Shown here: piece after piece, positions 1 through 11,990 of the stretch
Layout: every line of letters starts with the position of its first letter
Numbering within the stretch: position 1 is the first letter of the stretch
Assembly (NCBI RefSeq): GCF_001677475.2
Contig: NZ_CP015229.1
DNA length: 64,000 bases
Strand: one strand, 5' to 3'
DNA from: Escherichia coli
Lineage (GTDB): Bacteria > Pseudomonadota > Gammaproteobacteria > Enterobacterales > Enterobacteriaceae
Program-made: the position numbers and the translations under genes
The notes under the pieces: generated by a model
Databases searched by the model: none
Seen by the model: only the letters and a program-made list of their open reading frames with translations
Told to the model about the DNA's origin: nothing

Positions 1-1
1 A

Positions 2-799
2 GACGATGCTATCGCCTGGGGTAAAAAAAATGGCAAGACCCAGGAACAACAGGTGGTCGCAGCGTGTGACAAACTGGCGGTCAATTTCGGTGCTGAAATT
101 CTCAAAATCGTACCCGGTCGCGTGTCAACAGAAGTTGATGCACGCCTCTCTTTTGATAAAGAAAAGAGTATTGAGAAGGCGCGCCATCTGGTGGACTTGT
201 ATCAGCAACAAGGCGTTGAGAAATCACGCATTCTGATCAAACTGGCTTCGACCTGGGAAGGAATTCGCGCGGCAGAAGAGCTGGAAAAAGAAGGTATTAA
301 CTGCAACCTGACGCTGCTGTTTTCTTTTGCCCAGGCGCGGGCCTGTGCAGAAGCGGGCGTTTTTCTGATTTCGCCGTTTGTCGGGCGTATTTATGACTGG
401 TATCAGGCACGCAAGCCGATGGACCCGTATGTGGTGGAAGAAGATCCGGGTGTTAAATCGGTGCGCAATATCTACGACTACTATAAGCAACACCACTATG
501 AAACCATTGTGATGGGCGCGAGCTTCCGTCGCACCGAACAAATCCTCGCCTTAACCGGCTGCGATCGACTGACTATCGCACCGAATTTGCTGAAGGAGCT
601 GCAGGAAAAAGTTTCGCCAGTGGTACGTAAATTAATCCCACCTTCTCAGACGTTCCCACGCCCAGCTCCCATGAGCGAAGCGGAGTTCCGTTGGGAGCAC
701 AATCAGGATGCGATGGCGGTAGAAAAACTGTCTGAAGGCATTCGTCTGTTCGCCGTTGATCAACGCAAACTGGAAGATCTTCTTGCCGCCAAACTATAA
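2..799 (+). CDS. talA: transaldolase A, 5'-truncated at window edge
   Basis: Open frame from position 2 with no stop until 799; transaldolase-like sequence; immediately upstream of tktB as in K-12. Confidence 0.9.
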   Translation, partial: DDAIAWGKKNGKTQEQQVVAACDKLAVNFGAEILKIVPGRVSTEVDARLSFDKEKSIEKARHLVDLYQQQGVEKSRILIKLASTWEGIRAAEELEKEGINCNLTLLFSFAQARACAEAGVFLISPFVGRIYDWYQARKPMDPYVVEEDPGVKSVRNIYDYYKQHHYETIVMGASFRRTEQILALTGCDRLTIAPNLLKELQEKVSPVVRKLIPPSQTFPRPAPMSEAEFRWEHNQDAMAVEKLSEGIRLFAVDQRKLEDLLAAKL

Positions 800-818
800 A
801 CCAGCCACGGAGTGTTAT

Positions 819-2822
819 ATGTCCCGAAAAGACCTTGCCAATGCGATTCGCGCACTCAGTATGGATGCGGTACAAAAAGCCAATTCTGGTCATCCCGGCG
901 CGCCGATGGGCATGGCTGATATTGCCGAAGTGCTGTGGAACGATTTTCTTAAACATAACCCTACCGACCCAACCTGGTATGATCGCGACCGCTTTATTCT
1001 TTCCAACGGTCACGCGTCGATGCTGCTCTACAGTTTGCTACATCTGACCGGTTACGACCTGCCGCTGGAAGAACTGAAGAACTTCCGTCAGTTGCATTCG
1101 AAAACCCCAGGCCACCCGGAAATCGGCTATACGCCAGGTGTTGAAACCACCACCGGTCCACTTGGACAAGGTTTGGCGAACGCCGTCGGGCTGGCGATAG
1201 CAGAGCGTACGCTGGCGGCGCAGTTTAACCAGCCAGATCATGAAATTGTCGATCACTTCACCTATGTGTTTATGGGCGACGGCTGCCTGATGGAAGGTAT
1301 TTCCCACGAAGTCTGTTCGCTGGCGGGCACGCTGGGACTGGGCAAGCTGATTGGTTTTTACGATCACAACGGTATTTCGATTGATGGAGAAACTGAAGGC
1401 TGGTTTACCGACGATACAGCAAAACGTTTTGAAGCCTATCACTGGCATGTGATCCACGAGATCGACGGCCACGATCCGCAGGCGGTGAAGGAAGCGATCC
1501 TTGAAGCGCAAAGCGTGAAAGATAAGCCGTCGCTGATTATCTGCCGTACGGTGATTGGCTTTGGTTCGCCGAATAAAGCAGGTAAGGAAGAGGCGCACGG
1601 CGCACCGCTGGGTGAAGAAGAAGTGGCATTGGCACGGCAAAAACTGGGCTGGCACCATCCGCCATTTGAGATCCCTAAAGAGATTTATCACGCCTGGGAT
1701 GCCCGCGAAAAAGGCGAAAAAGCGCAGCAGAGCTGGAATGAGAAGTTTGCCGCGTATAAAAAGGCCCATCCGCAACTGGCAGAGGAGTTTACCCGTCGGA
1801 TGAGCGGCGGTTTGCCGAAGGACTGGGAGAAAACGACTCAGAAATATATCAATGAGTTACAGGCGAATCCGGCGAAAATCGCTACCCGTAAGGCTTCGCA
1901 AAATACGCTTAACGCTTACGGGCCAATGCTTCCTGAGTTGCTCGGCGGTTCGGCGGATCTGGCTCCCAGCAACCTCACCATCTGGAAAGGTTCTGTGTCG
2001 CTGAAGGAGGATCCGGCGGGCAACTACATTCACTACGGGGTGCGGGAATTTGGCATGACCGCTATCGCCAACGGCATCGCGCACCACGGCGGCTTTGTGC
2101 CGTATACCGCGACGTTCCTGATGTTTGTTGAATACGCCCGTAACGCCGCGCGGATGGCGGCACTGATGAAAGCGCGGCAGATTATGGTTTATACCCACGA
2201 CTCAATTGGTCTGGGCGAAGATGGTCCGACACACCAGGCTGTTGAGCAACTGGCCAGTCTGCGCTTAACGCCAAATTTCAGCACCTGGCGACCGTGCGAT
2301 CAGGTGGAAGCAGCGGTGGGCTGGAAGCTGGCGGTTGAGCGCCACAACGGACCGACGGCACTGATCCTCTCAAGGCAGAATCTGGCCCAGGTGGAACGTA
2401 CGCCGGATCAGGTTAAAGAGATTGCTCGTGGCGGTTATGTGCTGAAAGACAGCGGCGGTAAGCCAGATATTATTTTGATTGCTACCGGTTCAGAGATGGA
2501 AATCACCCTGCAAGCGGCAGAGAAATTAGCAGGAGAAGGTCGCAATGTTCGCGTGGTTTCCCTGCCCTCGACCGATATTTTCGACGCCCAGGATGAGGAA
2601 TATCGGGAGTCGGTGTTGCCTTCTAACGTTGCGGCTCGCGTGGCGGTGGAAGCAGGCATCGCCGATTACTGGTACAAGTATGTTGGTCTGAAAGGGGCAA
2701 TTGTCGGGATGACAGGTTATGGGGAATCTGCTCCGGCGGATAAGCTGTTCCCGTTCTTTGGCTTTACCGCCGAGAATATTGTGGCAAAAGCGCATAAGGT
2801 GCTGGGAGTGAAAGGTGCCTGA
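819..2822 (+). CDS. tktB: transketolase 2
   Basis: ORF 756..2822 trimmed to ATG at 819 (667 aa) with GGAG-type RBS at ~807; transketolase TPP-binding sequence. Confidence 0.93.
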   Translation: MSRKDLANAIRALSMDAVQKANSGHPGAPMGMADIAEVLWNDFLKHNPTDPTWYDRDRFILSNGHASMLLYSLLHLTGYDLPLEELKNFRQLHSKTPGHPEIGYTPGVETTTGPLGQGLANAVGLAIAERTLAAQFNQPDHEIVDHFTYVFMGDGCLMEGISHEVCSLAGTLGLGKLIGFYDHNGISIDGETEGWFTDDTAKRFEAYHWHVIHEIDGHDPQAVKEAILEAQSVKDKPSLIICRTVIGFGSPNKAGKEEAHGAPLGEEEVALARQKLGWHHPPFEIPKEIYHAWDAREKGEKAQQSWNEKFAAYKKAHPQLAEEFTRRMSGGLPKDWEKTTQKYINELQANPAKIATRKASQNTLNAYGPMLPELLGGSADLAPSNLTIWKGSVSLKEDPAGNYIHYGVREFGMTAIANGIAHHGGFVPYTATFLMFVEYARNAARMAALMKARQIMVYTHDSIGLGEDGPTHQAVEQLASLRLTPNFSTWRPCDQVEAAVGWKLAVERHNGPTALILSRQNLAQVERTPDQVKEIARGGYVLKDSGGKPDIILIATGSEMEITLQAAEKLAGEGRNVRVVSLPSTDIFDAQDEEYRESVLPSNVAARVAVEAGIADYWYKYVGLKGAIVGMTGYGESAPADKLFPFFGFTAENIVAKAHKVLGVKGA

Positions 2823-2839
2823 TGGTGATCGCCTGATGC

Positions 2840-2900
2840 TGATTGCCGGATGCGACGCTGACGCGTCTTATCCGGCCTACAGCGTCTTATCCGGTCTACA
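2840..2900. repeat. REP (repetitive extragenic palindrome) element(s)
   Basis: gccggatgcgacgc...cgtcttatccggcctac motif repeated directly after the tktB stop. Confidence 0.75.
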
Positions 2901-2917
2901 TGTCCCCGCCATTTTGT

Positions 2918-3961
2918 TTAACGGGTGATCCACAACGTGGGCCAGGCGTCTGGCCCATGCCAGTTATCGCAGGTGGGTTCTGCGGCGTAACGCACCAGGC
3001 GAAAACGCTGACCGTCAAAGCGCCAGCGCGCCTGAATGCCACAATCGCTTAATCCGCGCCCTTTCGCTAAGGTCACCAGTTCACGCGATTTCTCATCAAA
3101 TGTTGCGTTCATCAGTTCCAGTTCATTCGTCTCCTGACCGTTGTTGAACGGCAAACGCAACCGAACCGGGCGCGAGGCCAGCGGCTTTTTACGCGACACA
3201 ATCCATGCCAAATCAATGGTGTTATAGGCCCCTGCCTCACAGCTAATCATCATCAGCGCTTTATCATCAGTCAGCGCAGTGACATTCACCTCACGACGCA
3301 ATGGATCAAGCGAGCAGCGCAGACCATTCATCCGCCAGTTTCCATAATCCAGCAAATCGTTGCGTTCTTCGAGTGAGAGTGGCGTCGGCGTTGGGTTAAC
3401 CACCACAACCTCTTTCAGCGCAGGCGCGGGCGGTACGCTGAGCGGCGGTTCGTCCCCTTTCTTGATCCAGGCGGTTTCACTGCCAACGCGCTTTTGCTGA
3501 GCATCAATAAACAACAACGCCGCTTTTAAGCCGCTCAGAGAAATGGTCTGATTGCCGTCGCGTAAGGTGATCGCCTTCCCTTCCTGAATTATCTGCAAAA
3601 ACGCGGTGATGGTTGCCGTATCATCGGTTACTAATAACCATGGTGAAATCCGCCACTTGTCACCACTTAACGCCAACGGCTCACCATCTAACAGCAGCCG
3701 TGGCGCTATCTCCCCTTCAGACGCATCCGGCGACTTCAACCCGCCGCGCTCAATACGTAAAACGGCATCAGTATGCGCCCCGGCGCTGCGGCTCAGGGTC
3801 ATCACCAGTCCATTATGATCGCCCGTATTGCGCGCCACACAAAAATTTTGATTATTACAGGTGACCTGCCAGTCGGAAAACGCCTGTTGCGCTGGTGCCG
3901 CCCACACCAAAGACGTCGGCAACAAAGCGAAAAAAAAGAGAAGGAAAATGCGATAGCGCAT
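2918..3961 (-). CDS. ypfG: DUF1176 periplasmic protein YpfG
   Basis: 347-aa ORF with N-terminal signal peptide (MRYRIFLLFFFALLPTSLVWA); K-12 position and length. Confidence 0.88.
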   Translation of the reverse strand: MRYRIFLLFFFALLPTSLVWAAPAQQAFSDWQVTCNNQNFCVARNTGDHNGLVMTLSRSAGAHTDAVLRIERGGLKSPDASEGEIAPRLLLDGEPLALSGDKWRISPWLLVTDDTATITAFLQIIQEGKAITLRDGNQTISLSGLKAALLFIDAQQKRVGSETAWIKKGDEPPLSVPPAPALKEVVVVNPTPTPLSLEERNDLLDYGNWRMNGLRCSLDPLRREVNVTALTDDKALMMISCEAGAYNTIDLAWIVSRKKPLASRPVRLRLPFNNGQETNELELMNATFDEKSRELVTLAKGRGLSDCGIQARWRFDGQRFRLVRYAAEPTCDNWHGPDAWPTLWITR

Positions 3962-4086
3962 GGACGGTACGACCCCAGAAGTTCAAACAAACAGCACAAG
4001 TCGTATCTTCGTTGCGCAGGTAACGTGGCTCAATCGGATTTGTCGGATTGAGCCAATAATAAACAACGAAATATTATTGTTATTTT

Positions 4087-4662
4087 TCAGTCCATTAAAT
4101 GTGACATTTGCAAATAGTTAAGCAATAACACCGTCTTACCGTCACGTATCTCGCCGGTTTTGATCATCTCCAGCGCCTGGCTGAACGGCAGCTCGAGCAC
4201 TTCAATATCTTCATCTTCGACACCGCCACCGGCGTTAGCGCGCTGATTGTCACTGTATTCGGCGATAAAAAAGTGGATTAGCTCAGTCACACCGCCTGGC
4301 GACATATACAGTTCAAATAATTTGCGCACTTCGCCCACTTCATAGCCCGTCTCTTCAATCGCTTCTTTGCGAATGCACACTTCCGGTTCGTCGTTATCCA
4401 GCAGCCCGGCGCAGGTTTCAATCAGCAGCCCGGTTTCATTGCCATTAACCCAGGTAGCGACACGGAACTGGCGAATCAGAACCACCGTCTTTTTCTTCGC
4501 GTTGTACAGGAGGATCGTCGCACCATTACCGCGATCGTAAACTTCACGTTTATGGCGGATAACTTCGCCATCTTTGCGCGTGAGATCGTAAGTAATGTTG
4601 TGCAGGGTGAAATAGTTATCGGAGAGAATTTTGTCTTTAATGAGGGTGATTTGTTGCGTCAT
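4087..4662 (-). CDS. nudK: GDP-mannose pyrophosphatase (Nudix hydrolase)
   Basis: ORF 4087..4689 trimmed to ATG at 4662 (191 aa); Nudix box GX5EX7REUXEEXGU visible ([13 protein letters not shown]). Confidence 0.9.
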   Translation of the reverse strand: MTQQITLIKDKILSDNYFTLHNITYDLTRKDGEVIRHKREVYDRGNGATILLYNAKKKTVVLIRQFRVATWVNGNETGLLIETCAGLLDNDEPEVCIRKEAIEETGYEVGEVRKLFELYMSPGGVTELIHFFIAEYSDNQRANAGGGVEDEDIEVLELPFSQALEMIKTGEIRDGKTVLLLNYLQMSHLMD

Positions 4663-4729
4663 ACCGACTCCACAGCGCGAAATGAACAATTATCTTACGC
4701 TGTGAAGTCGGGTTTGTCTGCGCAGGCTA

Positions 4730-6709
4730 TCAGTGAGATTTGACTGATTTTACCCCCAGCCAGTCAATAATCCCCTGTGCCGCATGACGCCCTTCTGCCA
4801 TTGCGGTAACCACCAGATCAGCACCACGCACGGCGTCGCCACCGGCGAAGATTTTCGGATTGGTGGTCTGGTAACGGTACTGGCTTTCCACATCCGCGAT
4901 GATGCGGCCCCATTTGTCTACCGTTACACCGTGCGACTCCAGCCACGGCATCCCGTGTGGATTGAAGCCAAACGCCATAATCACCGCATCGGCTGGCATG
5001 ACAAATTCACTGCCCTCAATCGGTACAGGTCGCCGACGCCCCTGGGCATCCGGCTCGCCAAGACGCGTGCGCAGGAAACGAATCCCGCAAACGTGACCTT
5101 GTTCATTCAGCTCAAGCGCCACCGGCTGGACGTTAAATTCGAAGTTGGCCCCCTCTTCGCGGGCGTTCTTCACCTCTTTCTTCGAGCCTGGCATGTTAGC
5201 TTCATCACGACGATAAGCGCAGGTGACGTTACTCGCGCCGTGGCGCAGCGCAGTACGCACACAGTCCATCGCGGTGTCGCCGCCGCCCAGTACCACGACG
5301 TTAAGTCCGGCGGTATTGATAAACGGCTCTTCCGGTAGCTCTTCGAGCCCCATCACCTGTTTAGTGTTGGCGATGAGGAACGGCAGCGCGTCATAAACGC
5401 CCGGCGCATCTTCATTGGGTAAACCCGCTTTCATGGAACGGTAAGTGCCTACGCCAACGAAGACCGCGTCGTATTGTTCCAAAAGCGAATCCAAAGAGAC
5501 ATCTTTACCCACTTCACAATTGAGTTCGAAGTGAATCCCCATCGCGCTGAAGATTTCCCGACGGCGTGCCAGCAGGGATTTATCCAGTTTGAAAGAAGGA
5601 ATGCCGAAAGTGAGCAAGCCACCGATTTCTGGATGGCGATCGTACACCGTCACCGCCACGCCATTGCGGGTCAGAACATCCGCACAGGCCAGCCCCGCCG
5701 GACCTGCACCGATAATCGCCACCCGCTTGTCCACTTTGGTGACATGGCTTAAGTCAGGACGCCAACCTTTCGCCAACGCCTGATCTGAAATGTAGCGTTC
5801 AATGTTGCCGATAGTTACTGCACCGTGCTCATCGCGAATAGTACAGGCACCTTCACACAAACGGTCTTGCGGACAAACGCGTCCGGTAATTTCCGGCAGG
5901 GTGTTGGTCTGGTGAGAAAGCTCGACGGCGGCGTCGATGTTTCCGGCTTTCACCAGTTCAATCCACTGCGGTATATGATTATGCAGCGGGCAGGTCCATT
6001 CACAAACGCTGTGCTCGCCGCATTTAAGGCAGCGCGAGGCTTCCCGTTGTGCCTGATCGGCACGGAATGGCAGATAAATTTCATCAAAACCGGTTTTGCG
6101 CGCTTCAATCGCCAGTTTATCCGGCTCGCCACGCGCGGGCGTTGCCTGCATTTGTTCGACTTTACTCATTACCGGCATTTCTTGTGCCGCGGTACTGGCA
6201 TGCCACGGTTGATGTTCCTGACGTGCGGTGCGCAAGCGGCGGGATTTCGCCATGCCGGAGAGTGCGGCGTCAGTGACCAGTTGCAGCGCGTCTGCCGGGC
6301 AATTCTCGACACAGGCAGGACCGTTTTCGCGCCCTGCACAAAGATCGCATTTATGCGCCGTGGCTTTTACTTTTCCTGCCGCGACGGGTGTTAGGACGAT
6401 TTGCATCGTACCAAACGGACAGGCCACCACGCAGGATTTACAGCCAATACACTTTTGCTGATTGACCTGAATGCTGTCATCAACGTGGCTGATTGCGCCA
6501 TTAGGGCAGCTACGGGCGCAGGGCGCATCTTCACAATGGTGACAGGTCACTGCACTACGTTGCTGCTGATGTTTGATAACCGTAATTCGGGGATGAAAAT
6601 GGTGTTGGCTCAGGACATGTTGCTCATCATTGTGAGCCATGACACAGGCGATTTCACAAGCATGACAACCCAGACATTGCTGACTGTTGGCCATAATAAA
6701 ACGATTCAT
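4730..6709 (-). CDS. aegA: Fe-S cluster plus FAD/NAD(P)-binding oxidoreductase AegA
   Basis: 659-aa ORF; N-terminal multiple CxxCxxCxxxCP ferredoxin motifs followed by a GltD-like pyridine-nucleotide-disulfide oxidoreductase domain (GAGPAG). Confidence 0.92.
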   Translation of the reverse strand: MNRFIMANSQQCLGCHACEIACVMAHNDEQHVLSQHHFHPRITVIKHQQQRSAVTCHHCEDAPCARSCPNGAISHVDDSIQVNQQKCIGCKSCVVACPFGTMQIVLTPVAAGKVKATAHKCDLCAGRENGPACVENCPADALQLVTDAALSGMAKSRRLRTARQEHQPWHASTAAQEMPVMSKVEQMQATPARGEPDKLAIEARKTGFDEIYLPFRADQAQREASRCLKCGEHSVCEWTCPLHNHIPQWIELVKAGNIDAAVELSHQTNTLPEITGRVCPQDRLCEGACTIRDEHGAVTIGNIERYISDQALAKGWRPDLSHVTKVDKRVAIIGAGPAGLACADVLTRNGVAVTVYDRHPEIGGLLTFGIPSFKLDKSLLARRREIFSAMGIHFELNCEVGKDVSLDSLLEQYDAVFVGVGTYRSMKAGLPNEDAPGVYDALPFLIANTKQVMGLEELPEEPFINTAGLNVVVLGGGDTAMDCVRTALRHGASNVTCAYRRDEANMPGSKKEVKNAREEGANFEFNVQPVALELNEQGHVCGIRFLRTRLGEPDAQGRRRPVPIEGSEFVMPADAVIMAFGFNPHGMPWLESHGVTVDKWGRIIADVESQYRYQTTNPKIFAGGDAVRGADLVVTAMAEGRHAAQGIIDWLGVKSVKSH

Positions 6710-6914
6710 AACGACCTTCTTTTTTGGTTGTAAAAACCTTATTCTTTATATGAGTGTTGTTATTACCCGACTTACAGGGGAATCGGCAATGTTCATGTGC
6801 CCAGAATAAGTAACTATTTCGCTATAAACTGTGGCAGATCAAATAATCCCATCACTGACTAAATTGTGTTTCAGCGAACTGGAACATTAATGATTTTTTG
6901 TGGAGAAGACGCGT

Positions 6915-8615
6915 GTGATTGTTAAACGACCCGTCTCGGCCAGTCTGGCCCGGGCCTTTTTTTACATTGTGCTGCTGTCGATTCTTTCCACGGGTATCGC
7001 TCTGCTAACTCTGGCGAGCAGTTTGCGCGATGCTGAGGCTATCAATATTGCCGGATCGCTGCGTATGCAGAGTTACCGCCTGGGCTACGACTTGCAAAGT
7101 GGCAGTCCACAACTCAATGCACATCGCCAGTTATTTCAGCAGGCACTGCATTCACCGGTATTAACCAACCTCAACGTCTGGTATGTGCCAGAAGCAGTAA
7201 AAACTCGCTATGCGCATCTGAATGCCAACTGGCTGGAGATGAATAATCGGCTCAGCAAGGGCGATTTGCCGTGGTATCAGGCCAATATTAATAATTATGT
7301 TAATCAGATAGACCTGTTCGTGCTGGCTTTACAGCACTACGCTGAACGCAAAATGCTGCTGGTGGTGGCGATTTCCCTGGCTGGCGGCATCGGTATTTTC
7401 ACGCTGGTCTTTTTTACTTTGCGCCGCATACGCCATCAGGTGGTTGCCCCGCTGAATCAGCTGGTTACCGCCAGTCAGCGTATTGAACACGGGCAGTTCG
7501 ACTCGCCGCCGCTGGATACCAGCCTGCCGAATGAGCTTGGCCTGCTTGCAAAAACCTTTAACCAGATGTCGAGCGAGCTGCATAAATTGTACCGTTCGCT
7601 GGAGGCGTCAGTAGAAGAAAAAACTCGCGATCTCCACGAGGCCAAGCGTCGTCTGGAGGTGTTGTATCAGTGTTCGCAGGCGCTGAACACCAGCCAGATT
7701 GATGTGCATTGTTTCCGCCATATTTTGCAGATTGTTCGCGACAATGAAGCGGCTGAATACCTGGAGTTAAATGTCGGTGAAAACTGGCGGATTAGCGAAG
7801 GGCAACCAAACCCGGAATTGCCGATGCAGATTTTACCGGTGACAATGCAAGAGACGGTTTACGGCGAACTGCACTGGCAAAATAGTCACGTTTCATCATC
7901 AGAACCGCTGCTTAACAGTGTTTCGTCGATGCTGGGACGCGGTTTGTACTTTAATCAGGCGCAGAAGCATTTTCAGCAGTTATTGTTGATGGAAGAACGT
8001 GCGACCATCGCCCGCGAATTGCACGACTCGCTGGCTCAGGTACTTTCTTACTTACGTATCCAGTTGACGTTACTGAAGCGTTCGATACCGGAAGATAATG
8101 CCACCGCACAAAGTATCATGGCCGATTTTTCCCAGGCGCTGAATGATGCTTATCGGCAGTTACGCGAGCTGTTAACTACTTTCCGCCTGACGCTGCAGCA
8201 GGCGGATCTCCCCTCCGCGTTGAGGGAAATGCTGGATACGTTACAAAATCAAACCAGCGCCAAACTGACCCTCGACTGCCGTCTGCCAACCCTGGCGCTG
8301 GATGCGCAAATGCAGGTGCATTTGTTGCAAATTATTCGCGAAGCGGTGCTGAATGCGATGAAGCACGCCAACGCCAGCGAAATCGCCGTTAGCTGCGTCA
8401 CCGCGCCGGATGGCAATCACACAGTCTATATTCGCGACAACGGGATTGGCATCGGTGAACCGAAAGAACCCGAAGGCCATTATGGTCTGAATATCATGCG
8501 CGAACGCGCGGAAAGATTGGGTGGGACGCTGACTTTTTCGCAACCTTCCGGCGGCGGCACGTTAGTGAGTATTAGCTTTCGCTCTGCGGAGGGTGAGGAA
8601 AGTCAGCTGATGTAA
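6915..8615 (+). CDS. narQ: nitrate/nitrite sensor histidine kinase NarQ
   Basis: ORF 6900..8615; likely GTG start at 6915 giving 566 aa (MIVKRPVSASLAR...); two TM segments, HAMP, histidine kinase domain. Confidence 0.9.
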   Translation: MIVKRPVSASLARAFFYIVLLSILSTGIALLTLASSLRDAEAINIAGSLRMQSYRLGYDLQSGSPQLNAHRQLFQQALHSPVLTNLNVWYVPEAVKTRYAHLNANWLEMNNRLSKGDLPWYQANINNYVNQIDLFVLALQHYAERKMLLVVAISLAGGIGIFTLVFFTLRRIRHQVVAPLNQLVTASQRIEHGQFDSPPLDTSLPNELGLLAKTFNQMSSELHKLYRSLEASVEEKTRDLHEAKRRLEVLYQCSQALNTSQIDVHCFRHILQIVRDNEAAEYLELNVGENWRISEGQPNPELPMQILPVTMQETVYGELHWQNSHVSSSEPLLNSVSSMLGRGLYFNQAQKHFQQLLLMEERATIARELHDSLAQVLSYLRIQLTLLKRSIPEDNATAQSIMADFSQALNDAYRQLRELLTTFRLTLQQADLPSALREMLDTLQNQTSAKLTLDCRLPTLALDAQMQVHLLQIIREAVLNAMKHANASEIAVSCVTAPDGNHTVYIRDNGIGIGEPKEPEGHYGLNIMRERAERLGGTLTFSQPSGGGTLVSISFRSAEGEESQLM

Positions 8616-8690
8616 TGCCTCTTATTGACCAAAGAATAGTGGCACTTAAGGTTCAGTATAAAAGGGCATGATAATTTACATTAACTCCTT

Positions 8691-8708
8691 TTTTTCTCCA
8701 CGATTGGC
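8691..8708 (+). promoter_or_regulatory. BaeR response-regulator binding box in acrD promoter
   Basis: tttttctccacgattggc ~70 bp upstream of the acrD ATG, matching the BaeR box consensus TTTTTCTCCATDATTGGC as I recall it. Confidence 0.6.
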
Positions 8709-8778
8709 TCGTACCTTGCCGCTACAGTGAAGCAAGTCAAGCCTACAACGATACGCAGAAACACGAGGTCCTCTTTTA

Positions 8779-11700
8779 ATGGCGAATTTCTTTATTGATC
8801 GCCCCATTTTTGCCTGGGTGCTGGCAATCCTGTTGTGTCTGACAGGTACCCTGGCGATTTTTTCATTGCCCGTTGAACAATACCCCGATCTCGCGCCACC
8901 GAATGTGCGAGTGACCGCTAACTATCCCGGCGCATCGGCCCAGACGCTGGAAAACACCGTGACCCAGGTTATCGAGCAAAATATGACCGGCCTCGATAAT
9001 CTGATGTATATGTCGTCTCAGAGCAGTGGTACCGGTCAGGCATCTGTCACTTTAAGTTTTAAAGCAGGCACCGATCCGGACGAAGCCGTGCAGCAAGTAC
9101 AAAACCAGCTGCAATCAGCCATGCGAAAGTTACCGCAGGCGGTGCAAAATCAGGGCGTGACGGTGCGTAAAACCGGCGATACCAACATTCTGACCATTGC
9201 CTTCGTCTCTACCGATGGTTCGATGGATAAACAGGATATTGCTGATTATGTTGCCAGTAATATTCAGGACCCGTTAAGCCGCGTGAATGGCGTCGGGGAT
9301 ATCGATGCCTATGGTTCGCAATATTCCATGCGTATCTGGCTGGACCCGGCGAAACTCAACAGTTTCCAGATGACGGCTAAAGATGTCACTGATGCCATTG
9401 AGTCACAGAACGCGCAGATTGCGGTTGGGCAACTTGGTGGTACACCTTCCGTCGATAAGCAGGCGCTCAACGCCACCATTAACGCCCAGTCACTGCTGCA
9501 AACACCAGAACAGTTCCGCGATATCACCTTGCGGGTGAATCAGGACGGCTCAGAGGTAAGGCTGGGCGATGTCGCCACCGTCGAAATGGGGGCGGAGAAA
9601 TACGATTATCTTAGCCGCTTCAATGGTAAACCAGCCTCCGGGCTGGGGGTAAAACTGGCCTCCGGCGCGAACGAAATGGCGACAGCGGAGCTGGTACTCA
9701 ATCGTCTCGACGAGCTGGCGCAGTATTTTCCACACGGACTGGAATACAAGGTGGCGTATGAAACCACCTCGTTTGTTAAAGCCTCCATTGAAGACGTGGT
9801 GAAAACGCTGCTGGAAGCTATCGCCCTGGTTTTCCTCGTTATGTATCTGTTCCTGCAAAACTTCCGCGCCACGCTGATACCCACTATCGCCGTGCCGGTG
9901 GTGTTGATGGGAACCTTCTCCGTACTATACGCCTTCGGTTACAGCGTCAACACATTAACCATGTTCGCGATGGTGCTGGCGATCGGTCTGCTGGTGGATG
10001 ATGCCATCGTGGTGGTGGAAAACGTCGAACGTATTATGAGTGAGGAAGGACTCACTCCTCGCGAAGCCACACGTAAATCGATGGGGCAGATCCAAGGGGC
10101 ACTAGTCGGGATTGCGATGGTTCTTTCGGCGGTATTTGTACCAATGGCCTTCTTCGGCGGCACCACCGGTGCCATCTATCGCCAGTTCTCTATTACCATT
10201 GTTGCGGCGATGGTGCTGTCTGTACTGGTAGCGATGATCCTCACTCCGGCTCTGTGTGCCACGCTACTTAAGCCACTGAAAAAAGGTGAGCATCACGGGC
10301 AAAAAGGCTTTTTTGCCTGGTTTAACCAGATGTTTAACCGCAACGCCGAACGCTACGAAAAAGGGGTGGCGAAAATTCTCCATCGTAGCCTGCGCTGGAT
10401 TGTGATTTATGTCCTGTTGCTTGGCGGCATGGTGTTCCTGTTCCTGCGTTTGCCGACGTCGTTCTTACCGCTGGAAGACCGGGGCATGTTTACTACCTCG
10501 GTACAATTGCCCAGCGGTTCAACCCAACAACAGACCCTGAAAGTCGTTGAGCAAATCGAGAAATATTACTTCACCCATGAAAAAGACAACATCATGTCGG
10601 TGTTTGCCACCGTTGGCTCTGGCCCTGGGGGCAACGGGCAAAACGTGGCGCGAATGTTTATCCGCCTGAAAGACTGGAGCGAACGCGACAGTAAGACCGG
10701 CACCTCATTTGCCATTATTGAACGTGCAACGAAGGCGTTTAACAAGATTAAAGAAGCTCGCGTTATCGCCAGCAGCCCGCCAGCAATTAGCGGTCTTGGC
10801 AGTTCTGCGGGTTTTGATATGGAGTTGCAGGACCACGCTGGAGCGGGTCACGATGCGCTGATGGCAGCACGTAACCAGTTGCTGGCGCTGGCGGCGGAAA
10901 ACCCGGAGCTAACCCGTGTGCGCCATAACGGCCTCGACGACAGTCCGCAGTTGCAGATTGATATCGACCAGCGTAAAGCTCAGGCGCTGGGCGTTGCTAT
11001 CGACGATATTAACGACACACTGCAAACCGCCTGGGGTTCGAGCTATGTGAATGACTTTATGGATCGCGGTCGCGTGAAGAAAGTCTATGTGCAGGCAGCT
11101 GCGCCGTATCGCATGCTGCCAGATGACATTAATCTCTGGTATGTCCGAAATAAAGATGGCGGCATGGTGCCCTTCTCTGCTTTCGCGACCTCACGCTGGG
11201 AGACAGGCTCACCGCGTCTGGAACGCTATAACGGTTATTCTGCGGTTGAGATTGTTGGGGAAGCCGCACCGGGGGTCAGTACCGGTACGGCGATGGATAT
11301 TATGGAATCGTTAGTGAAGCAGCTGCCAAACGGCTTTGGTCTGGAGTGGACGGCGATGTCGTATCAGGAGCGGCTTTCCGGCGCGCAGGCTCCGGCGCTG
11401 TACGCCATTTCCTTGCTGGTGGTATTCCTGTGTCTGGCGGCGCTGTATGAAAGCTGGTCGGTGCCGTTCTCGGTAATGCTGGTCGTGCCGCTGGGGGTTA
11501 TCGGCGCGCTGCTGGCAACCTGGATGCGCGGGCTGGAAAACGACGTTTACTTCCAGGTGGGCCTGTTAACGGTCATTGGTTTATCGGCGAAAAACGCCAT
11601 CCTGATCGTCGAGTTTGCTAACGAGATGAACCAAAAAGGCCACGACCTGTTTGAAGCGACGCTCCACGCCTGCCGTCAGCGTTTACGCCCGATTCTGATG

Positions 11701-11892
11701 ACCTCGCTGGCATTTATCTTCGGCGTATTGCCAATGGCAACCAGCACGGGTGCCGGTTCCGGTGGTCAGCATGCGGTGGGTACTGGCGTAATGGGCGGGA
11801 TGATTTCGGCCACTATTCTGGCTATTTACTTCGTGCCGCTGTTCTTTGTGCTGGTGCGCCGCCGCTTCCCGCTGAAGCCGCGCCCGGAATAA
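8779..11892 (+). CDS. acrD: RND-family aminoglycoside efflux pump AcrD
   Basis: 1037-aa ORF, 12-TM RND transporter ([19 protein letters not shown]...); K-12 length. Confidence 0.95.
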   Translation: MANFFIDRPIFAWVLAILLCLTGTLAIFSLPVEQYPDLAPPNVRVTANYPGASAQTLENTVTQVIEQNMTGLDNLMYMSSQSSGTGQASVTLSFKAGTDPDEAVQQVQNQLQSAMRKLPQAVQNQGVTVRKTGDTNILTIAFVSTDGSMDKQDIADYVASNIQDPLSRVNGVGDIDAYGSQYSMRIWLDPAKLNSFQMTAKDVTDAIESQNAQIAVGQLGGTPSVDKQALNATINAQSLLQTPEQFRDITLRVNQDGSEVRLGDVATVEMGAEKYDYLSRFNGKPASGLGVKLASGANEMATAELVLNRLDELAQYFPHGLEYKVAYETTSFVKASIEDVVKTLLEAIALVFLVMYLFLQNFRATLIPTIAVPVVLMGTFSVLYAFGYSVNTLTMFAMVLAIGLLVDDAIVVVENVERIMSEEGLTPREATRKSMGQIQGALVGIAMVLSAVFVPMAFFGGTTGAIYRQFSITIVAAMVLSVLVAMILTPALCATLLKPLKKGEHHGQKGFFAWFNQMFNRNAERYEKGVAKILHRSLRWIVIYVLLLGGMVFLFLRLPTSFLPLEDRGMFTTSVQLPSGSTQQQTLKVVEQIEKYYFTHEKDNIMSVFATVGSGPGGNGQNVARMFIRLKDWSERDSKTGTSFAIIERATKAFNKIKEARVIASSPPAISGLGSSAGFDMELQDHAGAGHDALMAARNQLLALAAENPELTRVRHNGLDDSPQLQIDIDQRKAQALGVAIDDINDTLQTAWGSSYVNDFMDRGRVKKVYVQAAAPYRMLPDDINLWYVRNKDGGMVPFSAFATSRWETGSPRLERYNGYSAVEIVGEAAPGVSTGTAMDIMESLVKQLPNGFGLEWTAMSYQERLSGAQAPALYAISLLVVFLCLAALYESWSVPFSVMLVVPLGVIGALLATWMRGLENDVYFQVGLLTVIGLSAKNAILIVEFANEMNQKGHDLFEATLHACRQRLRPILMTSLAFIFGVLPMATSTGAGSGGQHAVGTGVMGGMISATILAIYFVPLFFVLVRRRFPLKPRPE

Positions 11893-11896
11893 GCAA

Positions 11897-11930
11897 TAAA
11901 AAAGGCGACATGCCAATGTGTCGCCTTTTT
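11897..11930. terminator. bidirectional intrinsic terminator (acrD / ypfM)
   Basis: A-tract, GC stem ggcgaca/tgtcgcc, then T-tract (aaaaaaggcgacatgccaatgtgtcgccttttt). Confidence 0.75.
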
Positions 11931-11990
11931 CAACTTTCCGATTAAGAACCTGCTCAGCGGGTTCTTGCTGTTTGTACTTTGTCTCAGGAA

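Noticed and set aside
756-818. N-terminal extensions offered by the ORF track (e.g. tktB from 756, and likewise nudK, guaB, uraA, upp, ppx, hyfA, hyfC, dapA, ypfH)
   Set aside because: The upstream Met codons lack RBS and would give proteins longer than the known K-12 products; downstream starts with proper RBS chosen instead.
4022-4049. Imperfect inverted repeat ggctcaat...attgagcc between ypfG and nudK
   Set aside because: Short stem with 12-nt loop and no T-run; insufficient for a terminator or binding-site call.
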